DNA of 63,242 nt, filler included, from Folioceros fuciformis (lineage: Eukaryota), in assembly GCA_049999805.1 (NCBI GenBank). It is 4 parts of 3 records of this genome, joined end to end, with 100 filler letters (N's around TTAATTAATTAA, not from the genome) between each part and the next. Parts side by side here need not be neighbours in the genome. Positions count along the whole stretch, not along the records: positions 61,902 to 63,242 come from JBNGIO010006016.1; 3 more parts are not named here. One strand, given 5' to 3'. The notes under the pieces were generated by a model that did no database searches, was not told the origin of the DNA, and was given only the letters and a program-made list of their open reading frames with translations. The translations under genes and the position numbers were made by a program. Positions 61,902 through 63,242 of this stretch are shown in pieces; position 1 is the stretch's first letter, and every line of letters begins with the position of its first letter.

Positions 61902-63242
61902 AACTAATCATAACCAGCATATACTAATTAAACATCCTTCATTCAATACTCCCACTTGCTGGTGATGATTCAAACATGTGCTTCAGCTACCCTTCGTACC
62001 CCTGCATCAAACGGCACTTCAACTCTCAGACCTAGTTCTCGATTACTCCCCAACCACTTACGGCCGCCACATGGATCTTGCGGAGCGCACACCGCTGGGC
62101 GTAATAAGATGGTACCACGATGTGCCGCCCTTATATTCTTGGTGTTCTTCATTGTCAGAATCATCTGTGAGCTTCTCGACCTAGAGATCGCCAAGCTGCT
62201 CATCATCACCACCATGTCTGATTCTTCGGATTCTGATCGGATCACTAGGCGCCGCCACCGCCGAGATGCTTTAGGTCGATTCGCGCCAAGGACAGCTACC
62301 ATTGAGAGTGAGCGTAGCGGGAAGATGGGAGCTGTGACTGCAATCACCAAGCCGAAGGTTGGGCGGCCGTTGGGAACCACCAAGGCAGTTCTGGAGAAGC
62401 GCAAACTTGCTGCGCTGAAGACTGAAGCTGAGGCGCCTGGTCCGTCCGACTTGCAGCCGCGCCCTAAGACACTGCCAGAGTCCAGCGAGAGTGACGAAGT
62501 CATGCCCATCATCAGGACTCTGAACCTAGATGTCGCCTACTACCATCATGCTGAAAGCAGTCACCTTCCTGTGAAGTTGCCCAAGCCTGTGAACTGTCAG
62601 ACTGAGACCAAGCTCGTGACCTGTGGCACACTTGCGTATCCTTGCTCTCCTGTCTGATATAAAGTCTGGGTTGGCTTAGAGAACTTGCTAATGAAAAGGG
62701 TGAAGGTGCAGCAAAGCAGGTGCTTCGAAGGCCATGTTGTGAGCTTCTACAGTAAGCCCCTGCCTTTGATTTCTTTTTGTTGTTGCTGTTCCTACAGGTT
62801 TCCTTGTGCTTTGATATTTCTTGACCACTGTCTGCAGGTTTCCGTGATCTTTGGAACCTGCTAACATATCTTCTTGGCTATAAATACAGGGTCTGCCCAG
62901 AGGCTCAGTGAGGAGTGGAGGCTGATAAAAAAAAAAATTAAGAGAAGCCACGAGGACTGAAAATGAGAACACTCCAAGTTCCACTGCCCGAACGACGTCC
63001 CAGCTACACCATCAAAGATGAGTCCACCAACGATATCATCCAGTTGGGGGTCGCAATAGAGATAGAAGAGGTTTCTGACTCTGATGGTTCCATCTCTTCG
63101 GGCTTCTAGTTAGTTTGAGTATTAGTCAGAACTGTCCAGGAGGGCTTCTGCCTCTCCCATGCCCAGACGTTGCATGTGTCTGTGGTGAGCATCTCTGCTC
63201 AAAGACTTTGTAAGTATGTCCGCCGGGTTGTCTTGAGTCGGA
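61902..63242 (-). mobile_element. Ty1/copia element 3' end (copia-D)
   Basis: RNase H end PTQDNPADILTKSLSRDAHHRHMQRLGM at about 63155-63242. PPT AAGTGGGAG at 61949-61957, followed by LTR start TATTGAATG. Confidence 0.85.
62109..62960 (+). pseudogene. Antisense accessory gene of copia-D (spliced, TGA at a Trp position)
   Basis: RRDALGRFA, GRPLGTTKAVL, ETKLVT..SPV*Y..MKRVKVQQSRCFEGHVVSFY. Intron 62752-62889 (GTAAGC..CTAAC..TACAG), then RSAQRLSEE. Confidence 0.8.

Overview
Early-diverging land-plant nuclear DNA from a gapped assembly. It is most likely a hornwort (inferred from the WW-type PPR C-terminus and the compact ~65-100 bp introns). There are four plain 100-N gaps and three artificial N44-TTAATTAATTAA-N44 linkers. 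Host genes: a very long intronless subfamily-VIII bHLH, THO1/HPR1, TAF1B/RRN7 (MEE12-like), a PLS-E PPR with a truncated WW-type DYW, a CYP85-clan P450 and a malectin-like LRR receptor kinase with a degenerate kinase domain. The rest is a retrotransposon nest (four Ty1/copia elements, a chromodomain Ty3/gypsy and a decayed sister copy) plus a pogo-type transposon end and its MITE. Main finding: three diverged copia elements (about 17-19.7 kb, 23.9-31.7 kb and 61.9-63.2 kb) each carry a homologous, SPLICED gene on the antisense strand between RNase H and the PPT. All three share an RDxxG[RK]FA motif, a Cys/His-containing core and an intron at the same position and phase; two also share an AT-hook-like GRPxGTT. 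In the complete element this gene assembles into an intact 4-exon ORF although gag-pol is broken by stop codons.
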